Assembly: GCA_002792995.1 (NCBI GenBank)
Contig: PFPJ01000055.1
Coordinates: 293 to 64,292 of the forward strand
Length of the DNA stretch: 64,000 bases
Direction: 5' to 3'
DNA from: Candidatus Magasanikbacteria bacterium CG_4_10_14_0_2_um_filter_41_10
Lineage (GTDB): Bacteria > Patescibacteriota > Patescibacteriia > Magasanikbacterales > UBA922
The notes beneath the pieces were generated by a model. It saw only the letters and a program-made list of their open reading frames with translations, was not told where the DNA came from and did not search any database. The translations under genes and the position numbers were made by a program. Below, one piece after another: positions 27,669-37,009 of the stretch (positions are counted from its first letter, which is position 1; every line of letters begins with the position of its first letter).

Positions 27669-30083
27669 TTAGAGCGTTCGTCGTGCTCGGTTGACTGCGA
27701 TACCAGCTCCGGCTACTGTCACAACAGCGCCACTTCCAAAAAGAATTTTGATCCACGTCGGAAGTCCTTGGTTTTCCTCAGTTGGTTGTACCTGGGTTGG
27801 TGCTTCTCCTTGGTTGTTAGTTCCACTGTTTTGTTGTTCATTGGTCGTTGTTTGTTCTTCAGGAACAGTGTTGTTTTCTGTAGGAAGTGTTGTTGGCTCA
27901 GGAGTATTGGTTTGTGTTGGAGGTGTTGTAGCTCCTGTTGTTTCTTCTGGCGTACTGCCTGTTTGTGTGTTGTCCGTTGTTGGTGTGGTAGTCCCTGTGT
28001 TTGTTGTCGAAGAGTTATTTGTATTTTCTGTTTCTGCAGGAGTGTCATTGCCAGCAACGACATGTACGAGGATGGTGGCCGTGTTTTCTGCACCAAAGGT
28101 GTCCTTTACTTTTGCTGTCAGTGAGTAGGTGCCTACTTGTGTGTATGTATGTGTGACTGTTGGTGACGTGTAGTAGACCTCGTCGCTTCCATCTCCGAAG
28201 GTCCAGAAGTAAAATTGAATATTTCCTTCTGAGTCGCTACTTGCGCTCGCGTCAAATGTTACTTCTGTGTTTACTGCGATCGTTACTTCTTGCCCAGTCG
28301 TAAATGCTGCGGTAGGGTGTGTGTTTGAGATGTATGTGCCACCGCTACTTCCTGATCCATTGCTTCCACTATTTTCAGTAGGTGATATTGTATCATTGTC
28401 ATTGACTATAAGTAAAAATGTATCAGCAGATTCATCAACTACAGTTGTATCTATAGGACCCACACCAGTGATAATCAATGAAAGATTTTCAGTAGATTCA
28501 ACATCAGAGTCATTGACGATATTAACATGTATATTAGTACTGGTACTCCCAACTGGTATGACGGCATAGTACCCATTGGTTGTCGTAGCAGCATCAATAG
28601 TATAATCAACGTCAGCAGATAATGTACTAGAAGGATCTACTTGGAAATATACTAATATGCCATCCGTACCTTCTGGACCACCTGCCCCACTATTTTTTGC
28701 TTTTGTGATACTGTGTACCTTTATAGAATATGTTCCGTAGCCTTCATCTATACTTTCACTTGAAGAATCAAAACTGACTTTATTTTTAATAACTGTTTCA
28801 CCACTTTCATCTACATCATCATTTTGAATAGTCAAAACATGTGTGTTACTCGTTGTATCCATTTTAAAATCATCGTAATTAGCCGAACCAGCACTTAACA
28901 CAATAGTTTCGTTTGTTTCAAAAGTTGTGTCACCCTCAATAGTAATTTCTAATTCAGCATAATCAGTACCTGATGCCATTGTTAAGGAAGCTTGATTAGA
29001 GGTGTTTACAGATCTGATAAAATCTCCACCTACAGAAGTAGGATAATCATTTTTGGCAGTACTAGAATCTTCAATGTTAATATTCAAAATACGATCTTGT
29101 GTTTGTATTTGATCAGCTACTAAACGAATGACAACTGTTTTATTTCCTTCATCACCTTCTACAACAGTACTACTAGAGGTTTCAAATCCAAAATTGCTAA
29201 TTGAAGTTACAGTATCATTATCTAAAATAATAGTAGTATAAGAGATATCTGCGAAGTCATAAACTTTTCCTGCGCTATCAGTAGCGTATGTCAATGTAAT
29301 AATGACTTCTTCATCTCCTTCCACCTCTGTATCATCGACAGGTTGGAATTCAAAACGTCTTTTTTCTCCACCTACAACATCATGGATTATTCCATTTGTT
29401 AAGTCAACGCTGTTTTCTATAAATGTAGCTTCACCCACTGCTGGGATGCTATGACTAGTTGTACCAATTACATAATCAGACGCAGACGCTGTTCCACTAA
29501 TTACAAAATGAAAATCTAGAGTTGTATTAGAATTGTTTATAAAAGCAGCCGTACCACCTAAACTAGCATTTTCAGCTCTTTTAAATGGACTAGGATTAAA
29601 AGTTTCGTCAAAAGTAGGAGGATCAGCAATATCGTCGTCTTGAATAGTCAACGTAAAAGTAGATGAAGAAAGATTGTTTTTTAGAACAATTGTTCTATCA
29701 CTCTCTACCAGGTTATTACTAATAATAGTAATGGGTAACTCTATTTTTGATATAGATGATGTAAAACTGCTAGTTACCTCAGTAAATTTGAAATCCTTAT
29801 CTTGTATTGCTGTACTATTTGTAGTATCAACAGAAATAGTAATACTTACAGTCTCTCCTTCAGCAAGAGCAGGACCTGTATATCGAATAGCCGCAATACC
29901 TGTTGACCATTCACCCCCGTCTGGAAGTGTAAGCTCTGGCACCGGATAGTTTGCATGCACAAAAGAAACCGTTGTTGGGTCAACAACAACGTCAGCATGT
30001 ACAAAAGCCACACCAAACGAGTTGAATAACAGGGTTGCAACGAGGGTAAAATGCCCAATTTTAGCGAAAAAGTTCTTTTTCAT
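27669..30083 (-). CDS. Large surface protein: Calx-beta-like repeats, PKD domain, Thr/Pro stalk, C-terminal TM
   Basis: Repeats ending TLTIQDDD/TIILDND/LTIQNDD/IVNDND; FDASASSDSEG...WTFGDG...HTY PKD motif; signal peptide. Confidence 0.85.
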   Translation of the reverse strand: MKKNFFAKIGHFTLVATLLFNSFGVAFVHADVVVDPTTVSFVHANYPVPELTLPDGGEWSTGIAAIRYTGPALAEGETVSITISVDTTNSTAIQDKDFKFTEVTSSFTSSISKIELPITIISNNLVESDRTIVLKNNLSSSTFTLTIQDDDIADPPTFDETFNPSPFKRAENASLGGTAAFINNSNTTLDFHFVISGTASASDYVIGTTSHSIPAVGEATFIENSVDLTNGIIHDVVGGEKRRFEFQPVDDTEVEGDEEVIITLTYATDSAGKVYDFADISYTTIILDNDTVTSISNFGFETSSSTVVEGDEGNKTVVIRLVADQIQTQDRILNINIEDSSTAKNDYPTSVGGDFIRSVNTSNQASLTMASGTDYAELEITIEGDTTFETNETIVLSAGSANYDDFKMDTTSNTHVLTIQNDDVDESGETVIKNKVSFDSSSESIDEGYGTYSIKVHSITKAKNSGAGGPEGTDGILVYFQVDPSSTLSADVDYTIDAATTTNGYYAVIPVGSTSTNIHVNIVNDSDVESTENLSLIITGVGPIDTTVVDESADTFLLIVNDNDTISPTENSGSNGSGSSGGTYISNTHPTAAFTTGQEVTIAVNTEVTFDASASSDSEGNIQFYFWTFGDGSDEVYYTSPTVTHTYTQVGTYSLTAKVKDTFGAENTATILVHVVAGNDTPAETENTNNSSTTNTGTTTPTTDNTQTGSTPEETTGATTPPTQTNTPEPTTLPTENNTVPEEQTTTNEQQNSGTNNQGEAPTQVQPTEENQGLPTWIKILFGSGAVVTVAGAGIAVNRARRTL

Positions 30084-30212
30084 AGATATGAGTTATATTA
30101 CTGTATATATATTACTAATTAACGTATGATCATACCAGAATTGTATGCTTTTGTCAAGTCAAGAGCTGTGGTAAAATAGCATAGTATTGTTTCTTTGACA
30201 AGATTCTCACCT

Positions 30213-30773
30213 ATGGAAAAAATCTTTTATCCTACACAAAAAACGTACAATAGAGGCATTCTTTGGATTCAGCGGATTGCGAGTATGGTTTTTCTCTATG
30301 CCACCCTTACCTTACCTGCCAATATTTCCCTTATGAATACTCCGCTTGTAACGACACTGCGTGGAGAATACCCCACATGGTGGCATGTGATGTGGGATAT
30401 GTGTCTCACCGTGATGATACTGGCGGTATTGTTTTTTGTAGGAAAACTGCTCGTCTTGTATACACGCTCACATCCTGTCTCTCGGAAATATATCGAGTGG
30501 ATCAGAAAAATAGATAGCAAATTTATTCAGAATTTTTTGAACTTTGATTTTTTCTTGGTGAAGTTTTTGGTTGCTGGGGTGTTTGGATGGTTCCTTTGGT
30601 TTTTGTTGAAAGGAGTGTCACCTTCATTGCCAGCGAGTATTCATGTGCCGTTGTATCACACACAACCAGTTGTGACGGTGATGGTGATACTCGGATTCAT
30701 TGTGCTCGTAGAAAGTTTTCAATCGTGGAAGTGGCATATGCGAAAACATTTGCATATGCATGAAAAGTTTTAG
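30213..30773 (+). CDS. Hypothetical membrane protein (about 4 TM)
   Basis: Hydrophobic segments; start MEKIF at 30213. Confidence 0.65.
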   Translation: MEKIFYPTQKTYNRGILWIQRIASMVFLYATLTLPANISLMNTPLVTTLRGEYPTWWHVMWDMCLTVMILAVLFFVGKLLVLYTRSHPVSRKYIEWIRKIDSKFIQNFLNFDFFLVKFLVAGVFGWFLWFLLKGVSPSLPASIHVPLYHTQPVVTVMVILGFIVLVESFQSWKWHMRKHLHMHEKF

Positions 30774-30826
30774 TCTTCAATAAAAAAACTCCACTAATGC
30801 GGTGGAGTTTTTTTATGTATAACATA

Positions 30827-31216
30827 TTAGAGACAAGAACGAGCTGCAAAATAATCACCTGCAGTGGGCGACGCACCATTTTTAATTTCATTTGCACGGG
30901 TGGTGCCGAGTTTTGAATAGAGACACTGTTCCATAGCAGGAGTAATGGTTGTCGGAAGTGTAGCCGGGTCGATTCCCAATTTTTCAAGTGTTTTTTCTTG
31001 TGTTGGAGAAAGGAGAGGGTTTTTATTGGTTGTTGTTTGATCTGGTGCGGAGGTCACTGTGGAAGGAGTAGAAGTCGCATCTTTCTTTATTTCATAGTCA
31101 ATAAATGGTTGTTTCAAGCCAAACGGATCGGCGATGTAAAAATATACACCCGCCAGAATCAGGAGGAAGAAGATAACACCAAGTGTAACAAAGAATATGT
31201 TGAAAAATCTTTTCAT
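30827..31216 (-). CDS. Hypothetical membrane-anchored protein
   Basis: N-terminal TM, C-terminal two-Cys domain. Confidence 0.7.
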   Translation of the reverse strand: MKRFFNIFFVTLGVIFFLLILAGVYFYIADPFGLKQPFIDYEIKKDATSTPSTVTSAPDQTTTNKNPLLSPTQEKTLEKLGIDPATLPTTITPAMEQCLYSKLGTTRANEIKNGASPTAGDYFAARSCL

Positions 31217-31227
31217 AGAGTATGTGG

Positions 31228-31848
31228 TTAGGACGACATTTTCAGATATGGTTTGATAGGCCAGAGGAGGAGTGCGCCTATGACTGATACGACGACAACA
31301 GAAACAATAAGAATGGGGAATCCACTATATGCAGCGATGAATCCACCAAGTGCTGCGAGTGCTGCTCCCGTTAAATCGGTAAGGGTAAAATATACGCCCC
31401 ACTCAGTTCCTTCTTTTTCTTTATCTATATGTCTTGTGAAAATGGCCATGTATGTCGGGAATGTGAATGCCGTAAAAAATCCTAATAAAAACTGAACCAT
31501 GTACAGTTGTATGGGTGTATGGATGATGAGATACAAGAGAGGAACAAATGACATGAGGAGGGTAAAGATAAACATGAGCCAAAAATCATCTTTTTCTCCA
31601 CGTATTTTGTCTATCATATGTGCAATAGGAATTTGGAGCACACTCTTTGTAAAGAGATAGATTCCTGCTGCTAGCCCTGCCACGGCTTCATTTCCACCAG
31701 TGATAAAATCGGTAATAAAAAGTGCAAAGATTGGTCCCAAGAGTCCTAATGACCCCATGACAATGGTGTCTGAAAGAATAAGAAAACGAACAACAGGATT
31801 GATATCTTGAAGAAAATAGTGATGAATATTGATTGCACGATTTTTCAT
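31228..31848 (-). CDS. Half-size MFS-like transporter (6 TM)
   Basis: PIAHMIDKIRG (motif A-like), EGTEWGVY, 206 aa. Confidence 0.75.
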   Translation of the reverse strand: MKNRAINIHHYFLQDINPVVRFLILSDTIVMGSLGLLGPIFALFITDFITGGNEAVAGLAAGIYLFTKSVLQIPIAHMIDKIRGEKDDFWLMFIFTLLMSFVPLLYLIIHTPIQLYMVQFLLGFFTAFTFPTYMAIFTRHIDKEKEGTEWGVYFTLTDLTGAALAALGGFIAAYSGFPILIVSVVVVSVIGALLLWPIKPYLKMSS

Positions 31849-31958
31849 AGAAAATATATAATACAGTATTCATATCATACCGCAATTTTGTATCATTGTA
31901 TATCTAAAAAACACAAGGGAGCTGCTGGTGCAACTCCCGTTTTCAAGCGCGTAGTGCG

Positions 31959-32447
31959 CTACTCCTTGTGTTCGTCGTCGAAGGTGATGTTGATGGATTT
32001 TATGCCGCGGTAGCTGCGGCTGATCTCCACGCCATCACGGTACGTGACCGTGAACTTCGTCTGGTACCAGAGCTGGCCCACCTGTTGACGGTGGTCCTTG
32101 CACTTGTCGTACCAAACCTTGCCTCTGAGCTTGTCAGAGACCCTGTATCCGAGCGTGGAGTCGTACCACGAGATCGTGACCTCGTAGGATTCGTCCACCA
32201 TCACGGGGTCAGCCTGCAGGCCCCCGCCCATCTTGGCGCCGGCGTTGCCGTTGCCTGGCAGCTCGATCAAAAGATCTGGCTTGCTCGGCGTGTAGACCGC
32301 GCTCTCCACTCGGACGGTGAGTGGGGTGTCGGCGTCGACGAGTACGTTCTCTACTGTTCTGCCACCCCACATGACAGACATCAGAACGATGAATGCGGCA
32401 GCGAGTGCCACCGCAGAAATCGTCAAGAGAAGAATCATCTTGTTCAT
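31959..32447 (-). CDS. GC-rich orphan membrane-anchored protein
   Basis: Start MNKMILL at 32447 after GAGGGGG; N-terminal TM; downstream GGGAGTTGC/GCAGCTCCC terminator. Confidence 0.7.
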   Translation of the reverse strand: MNKMILLLTISAVALAAAFIVLMSVMWGGRTVENVLVDADTPLTVRVESAVYTPSKPDLLIELPGNGNAGAKMGGGLQADPVMVDESYEVTISWYDSTLGYRVSDKLRGKVWYDKCKDHRQQVGQLWYQTKFTVTYRDGVEISRSYRGIKSINITFDDEHKE

Positions 32448-32622
32448 GGAGCCCCCTCGGATAGGCATTTTTGTGTATCTTCGAGCGGCATGACGATAGC
32501 ACAAAACATCCCTTTGGTAAAGGGATGTTGGTGTTTGTTGGACAAAGTTCGAATGTATTTAGTATAAAAGAGTTGTGACGTCTTCTCTGCTTTCCATTCA
32601 TGAAACTCATGTTTAAATACTT

Positions 32623-33342
32623 TTATTCTTTTGAAGAGCCCGCAGCTTTAACCATTTCTCGCAGGTTCCCATGATAGATGGTTGTTACAGAAATATTTTT
32701 ATACTTAATAGAACTATCTATAAAATCCTCTATCACTTTTTTCGTTTCCTCTTCATCAATAATTCCCGGATATAAACCAGTATTTTCTCGGATAAAATTA
32801 TCATAATCAAAAACGAGATAGACTCTGCCGTTATTATTTAGTTGTTTGACAGCGCACTCAAGGTGGTATTTAGTTTTGTTTTTTAAAATTTGAAAAATTC
32901 TATATTTTAAATCTGCTTTTTCTTCATCTTGTAAAGCTTTGTTTTGTATCAATAATTTTCCTCCTTTTGCATGCCTCTCTTGTTCATCTTCTCCTTCGTT
33001 TAGAGATTTAATTTCAATATTAATGCCAGTGGACGGATCAAATAAATCAGGCTCTTTTTTTTCGTTATTTTCTTGGACAAAGTCTGCCTTAGGATGAAAT
33101 ACTAATGCAATTTCAATTTCATGCAGTAAATCATTTTTTTGATTATCTGTAAGTCCGGGTCTTATTTTTTGCTTTATCGAAATTAAGTTTTGCGATGATA
33201 ATGTTGAAACATAAGAATCAAGGCTTCGAAGCCACGGATCTTCGTGAATAGTTCCACCGCAACACTTAACAAGAAAGTCCTTCAAGCCAATATTATTGAG
33301 ATTTTCATACATACTTAAAAAGTTCAAAAAAATTGAATCCAT
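32623..33342 (-). CDS. Very AT-rich orphan with PD-(D/E)xK-like motif
   Basis: HEIEIAL...EPDL...NIEIKSL; begins about 25 nt downstream of the tRNA-Ser 3' end. Confidence 0.6.
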   Translation of the reverse strand: MDSIFLNFLSMYENLNNIGLKDFLVKCCGGTIHEDPWLRSLDSYVSTLSSQNLISIKQKIRPGLTDNQKNDLLHEIEIALVFHPKADFVQENNEKKEPDLFDPSTGINIEIKSLNEGEDEQERHAKGGKLLIQNKALQDEEKADLKYRIFQILKNKTKYHLECAVKQLNNNGRVYLVFDYDNFIRENTGLYPGIIDEEETKKVIEDFIDSSIKYKNISVTTIYHGNLREMVKAAGSSKE

Positions 33343-33367
33343 ATACGCTTATACCAAGTATTTACTG

Positions 33368-33454
33368 CGGAGAGGGCGGGATTTGAACCCGCGGTTCGGT
33401 TTCCCGAACACCGCTTTTCGAAAGCGGCACATTCGACCACTCTGACACCTCTCC
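33368..33454 (-). tRNA. tRNA-Ser (anticodon CGA)
   Basis: GGAGAGG acceptor, CCGCT-TT-CGA-AA-AGCGG, long variable arm, GTTCAAATCC, discriminator G. Confidence 0.95.
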
Positions 33455-33480
33455 ATTGCATGGGATTGTACTGAAGGAAT

Positions 33481-34758
33481 CTATTCTTGTCTAGTCACGA
33501 GCATGAGTGGCAACACCCAAAATAATACTGACAAATCGTTCTTTATATACGGAGAATCCACGAGACCTGTGACGATAAACGTCACAAGAGCAACACACAC
33601 CAGCAACCAGTAGCCATATCGTTTTCCGATAGAAAAAAACATACCAATAATCATCAACACAAATCCAATCAATCCGAGCAATCCCGTATTCACATACATC
33701 GTCAGAAAAATATTGTGCGGATGATGAAAAATTTCAACACCTTCTCCATTGACTGTCGTGTGATAGGGGACAATGCGTTCATCATACGACGCCAATCCTG
33801 CACCGAGAAGCGGACGGTCTTGCAATAAGTGCAGTGTATCTTGCCACATCGAGAGACGAATTTGTCCAGAACGATCTTGAAAAAACACTTCTTCTCGAAT
33901 GATATGAAGGCTTGGTATGCTGAGAAGGCCTAGAAGGCTTATGACACCAATGGCTATACTTATCCATCGAGTTTTTTTGTTGAGGATGAGAAGCATACCA
34001 ACGCCCGCCACAATCCCTATCAGTCCACCTGTACTTTTTGCATATACAATGGCAAGTGGTCCTAAAAGGAGGAGTACTCCTGAAGATACAAATACAATCA
34101 TCTGTTCAACGTGCCCAACGCCCCAGTCTTCTTTTTCTTCTCGAGAAAATCGTTGCCACACAAGAGCCATGGCTATGACAATGAGTGGTGCGAGGAAGAG
34201 CGCTGTAGCATTGGGATATCCGTACCACGTGGTCACACGATAACTCGCACCATTTCCCCAAAATGCCCACGGTACCATCCATCCTGTGAAGTGCTGATAT
34301 ATCGCCAAAAGTGATGTCGCTATTCCAGACAACATCAGTGGAAGGAGAATATCTGCTTTTATCTTGAGCGTATCTTTTGCAAACAATAAAATCAAGAAAA
34401 GAAGAAATGGTTCAATATAAAATGCTTTCCATTCACCAGCAGCAGCTCTGAGATCTGTGGCAGTAAACACCGATATGGTTGTAGCAATGAGAAAGAGAAG
34501 TGTTCCCACGGTAAACAGTGTATGTTTTCGAAATAAGGTAATAACCGATTCTTCAATATGTCGTGCGTGCTTGATGAGTCCGACGATACACACAATCCAG
34601 ATCATACCTTCAAGCACTGTGGTAGGAAGTGGACCGATAGAAAAACGAAGAAGGTAGGTTGGAAGAAGGAGAAATAGCAAAAAGACACCGTATGAAAAGC
34701 GTTGCCACGTGATGAGAGTGAAGAATATGAAATAAATAAGGTACGGAAAAATCATCAT
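33481..34758 (-). CDS. O-antigen ligase/polymerase (Wzy_C) family membrane protein
   Basis: Multi-TM, YPNA, KSTGG, RLSMW, PLLGAG, HPHNIFL. Confidence 0.88.
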   Translation of the reverse strand: MMIFPYLIYFIFFTLITWQRFSYGVFLLFLLLPTYLLRFSIGPLPTTVLEGMIWIVCIVGLIKHARHIEESVITLFRKHTLFTVGTLLFLIATTISVFTATDLRAAAGEWKAFYIEPFLLFLILLFAKDTLKIKADILLPLMLSGIATSLLAIYQHFTGWMVPWAFWGNGASYRVTTWYGYPNATALFLAPLIVIAMALVWQRFSREEKEDWGVGHVEQMIVFVSSGVLLLLGPLAIVYAKSTGGLIGIVAGVGMLLILNKKTRWISIAIGVISLLGLLSIPSLHIIREEVFFQDRSGQIRLSMWQDTLHLLQDRPLLGAGLASYDERIVPYHTTVNGEGVEIFHHPHNIFLTMYVNTGLLGLIGFVLMIIGMFFSIGKRYGYWLLVCVALVTFIVTGLVDSPYIKNDLSVLFWVLPLMLVTRQE

Positions 34759-34767
34759 AAAAAAAAA

Positions 34768-35463
34768 TTATTTGACGTGCGTTTTTGCAAATGTTCTTAT
34801 TTGCATCAGGTATTCTCGAATGCCAGCATATCGTATCATGTCTACCACCATAGATATATCTCGTCCAATCCCACGTGCAAATCCCCATTTTTTATATTTA
34901 TACGTATTCCGTATGGAAGATGCCATCCACGCGACATGTTTTTTTTGGTGACGCATGTAGGTATTGATCGCAATTTCTAGTTGGTATTGTGTTGGGCTTG
35001 TGGAACAAATAGTGTCAAGATCTTTTTTTGCGAGAATGCGTTGTCCTGTCAATAAAATATCTCCGCGACTCCATTTTACAATCCACGGACTTTGTTCTCT
35101 TCCAAGAATAAGCATGTCGAGATGATGAGTTTCAAATGTCTGCATGGCATGAGATAGCTCTGTCGCATCGAGACCCAGCAAATCTGCATCCAGAAGAAAT
35201 ACCATGTCTGTCGTCACCGCAGAAAGTCCTGCCATGATTGCTCCACTTTTGCCTCCATTTTTTGAAAGTGTTATCAATTGTACGTTTGGAAATTGTTGTG
35301 CAATTTGTGATGACATCAGATCTGTAGAACCATCATCCACACAAATAACAGAAGAAAAAAAAGACACGTTTGATACAAGAGCAAGTGTATCGAGAATACG
35401 TGTTCCTTCATTAAAAAATGGAATGATACAGGAATATCTATGTGTCAGATTCTTTTGTCCCAT
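34768..35463 (-). CDS. Glycosyltransferase family 2
   Basis: IIPFFNE, VDDGSTD, NGGKSGA, LDADL. Confidence 0.9.
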   Translation of the reverse strand: MGQKNLTHRYSCIIPFFNEGTRILDTLALVSNVSFFSSVICVDDGSTDLMSSQIAQQFPNVQLITLSKNGGKSGAIMAGLSAVTTDMVFLLDADLLGLDATELSHAMQTFETHHLDMLILGREQSPWIVKWSRGDILLTGQRILAKKDLDTICSTSPTQYQLEIAINTYMRHQKKHVAWMASSIRNTYKYKKWGFARGIGRDISMVVDMIRYAGIREYLMQIRTFAKTHVK

Positions 35464-35464
35464 A

Positions 35465-36886
35465 TCATTTTTTTATACGCAATATTTCTGTCAGTGTTTC
35501 CTTTGATATTGCACCCATACCAAACAAAAAAAGCATATAGACTGTTCCTCCGAGTGGAATGAGTAGAAGCACAGGCAGATTTTTGAACATATATAATACT
35601 GCTGCCATGACTAATGCAGAAAAAAGAATCTTTCCAAATGTTTGTACATTGAGTGTGAGTTTCAAATAATGTTTTACAGTCAAAAACAACATAATCCCTG
35701 CATACGTTTCACTAAACAATGTCATGCCTGCTGCGCCCCACATCCCATAGCGTGGAATAAAGTAAAAATAGCCAGCAACCGTCAACACAGCATTACTTAT
35801 GTAAATCCACATGGTTTGTTTTTGTTTGTCGAGGGCAACAGCGAGGTGTCCATATATTGCACCAATGTAGAGTGAAAACGTACTTACCAAAAGAACTGAC
35901 AAAATAGGACCAGCATTTTGAAATTTGTCTCCAGCGACGAGTGTTATGAGTGGTGTCGCGAGCATCACACCCCCGACGACCATCGGCACAGCGAAGAGCA
36001 TCATCATATCAAAACTTTGTTGATAAAGATGATGCATATGTTCACGTCGTTTTTCTGCCCATGCGCCAGCCAGGAGCGGAAGCATGAGTCCCATCATCAT
36101 CATGGCCATCTGCGCGAGGATATCAATCACTCGGTAGGCTGCACCATAGAGCGCGACAGTATTTTGATCTTGAAAAAGGGTGAGGATAACAATATCTCCC
36201 TTGAGATACATAACATTAAAAATAATAGAAATTGCGATGGGCCACATTTTATGTGTAATGATTTTCCATATTGCCATGTCAAAACGAAATACAGGACGAG
36301 CATGTTTCGTAGCTGCCCACCACATATAAATGGTATAGGCAACACTGGCTCCTGTCAGCACGATCATCACAGGCATAAATCCGCTATCTGTATATATAAT
36401 GAATGCCAATCCTCCAACGAGGACCACGCGACCAATCACTTCGCCAATCGCTTGGATGTACATGCGGAATTTACTTTGATAGTAGCCCGTAAAAATTTGA
36501 TTCATGGCTACAGCAAGCATGTTTATCGTCGTAAAAGAAATAGCAATTTTTACTTCATGTGGATAGGGAAAAAAGAGCGCAATAAACGGCGCAAGTGCGA
36601 GAAAAAGAAATGCAGTAACAAACCGATAGCCAAGCAAATTTTGTAAAAGCTTCTGTTCTTCTATTTTCGCTTCTCCCATCATTTGTGCGGTGACGGGGAT
36701 AAGACCAAAATCAATAAGAATCGCAAGAAATTGCAAAAATGCAATAGTCGTGACATACCACCCAAATCGTTCTGTCCCGAGATACCGTGTCATCATGCCA
36801 ATCGCAACAAGACCGAGCATGGTAGAAACAATTTTTCCACCAAATTGAATGGCTGTATTGTGCGCAATTTTTCGTGTTGTGCTCAT
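35465..36886 (-). CDS. Wzx-like polysaccharide flippase
   Basis: KIAHNT, TRYLGTERFG, DFGL, VALYGAAYR, IPRYGMWGAA. Confidence 0.9.
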   Translation of the reverse strand: MSTTRKIAHNTAIQFGGKIVSTMLGLVAIGMMTRYLGTERFGWYVTTIAFLQFLAILIDFGLIPVTAQMMGEAKIEEQKLLQNLLGYRFVTAFLFLALAPFIALFFPYPHEVKIAISFTTINMLAVAMNQIFTGYYQSKFRMYIQAIGEVIGRVVLVGGLAFIIYTDSGFMPVMIVLTGASVAYTIYMWWAATKHARPVFRFDMAIWKIITHKMWPIAISIIFNVMYLKGDIVILTLFQDQNTVALYGAAYRVIDILAQMAMMMMGLMLPLLAGAWAEKRREHMHHLYQQSFDMMMLFAVPMVVGGVMLATPLITLVAGDKFQNAGPILSVLLVSTFSLYIGAIYGHLAVALDKQKQTMWIYISNAVLTVAGYFYFIPRYGMWGAAGMTLFSETYAGIMLFLTVKHYLKLTLNVQTFGKILFSALVMAAVLYMFKNLPVLLLIPLGGTVYMLFLFGMGAISKETLTEILRIKK

Positions 36887-37009
36887 AAAAAAATGAGAAG
36901 CCCTGTATGAAGGGAAGAATCATATACACTCTACCTTTTTTTGGACTTTTTCGCAATTGGAATTTCCTATCATTTTTGATATACTATCAGACCTAAGATA
37001 ACACTCACT

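Noticed and set aside
27669-27780. LPxTG sortase signal in the adhesin
   Set aside because: Sequence is GLPTW, not LPxTG; treated as a plain TM anchor.
31968-32567. 199-aa plus-strand ORF
   Set aside because: Antisense shadow of 31959-32447.
32500-33454. Prophage or integrative element at tRNA-Ser
   Set aside because: No integrase and no duplicated tRNA 3' end found.
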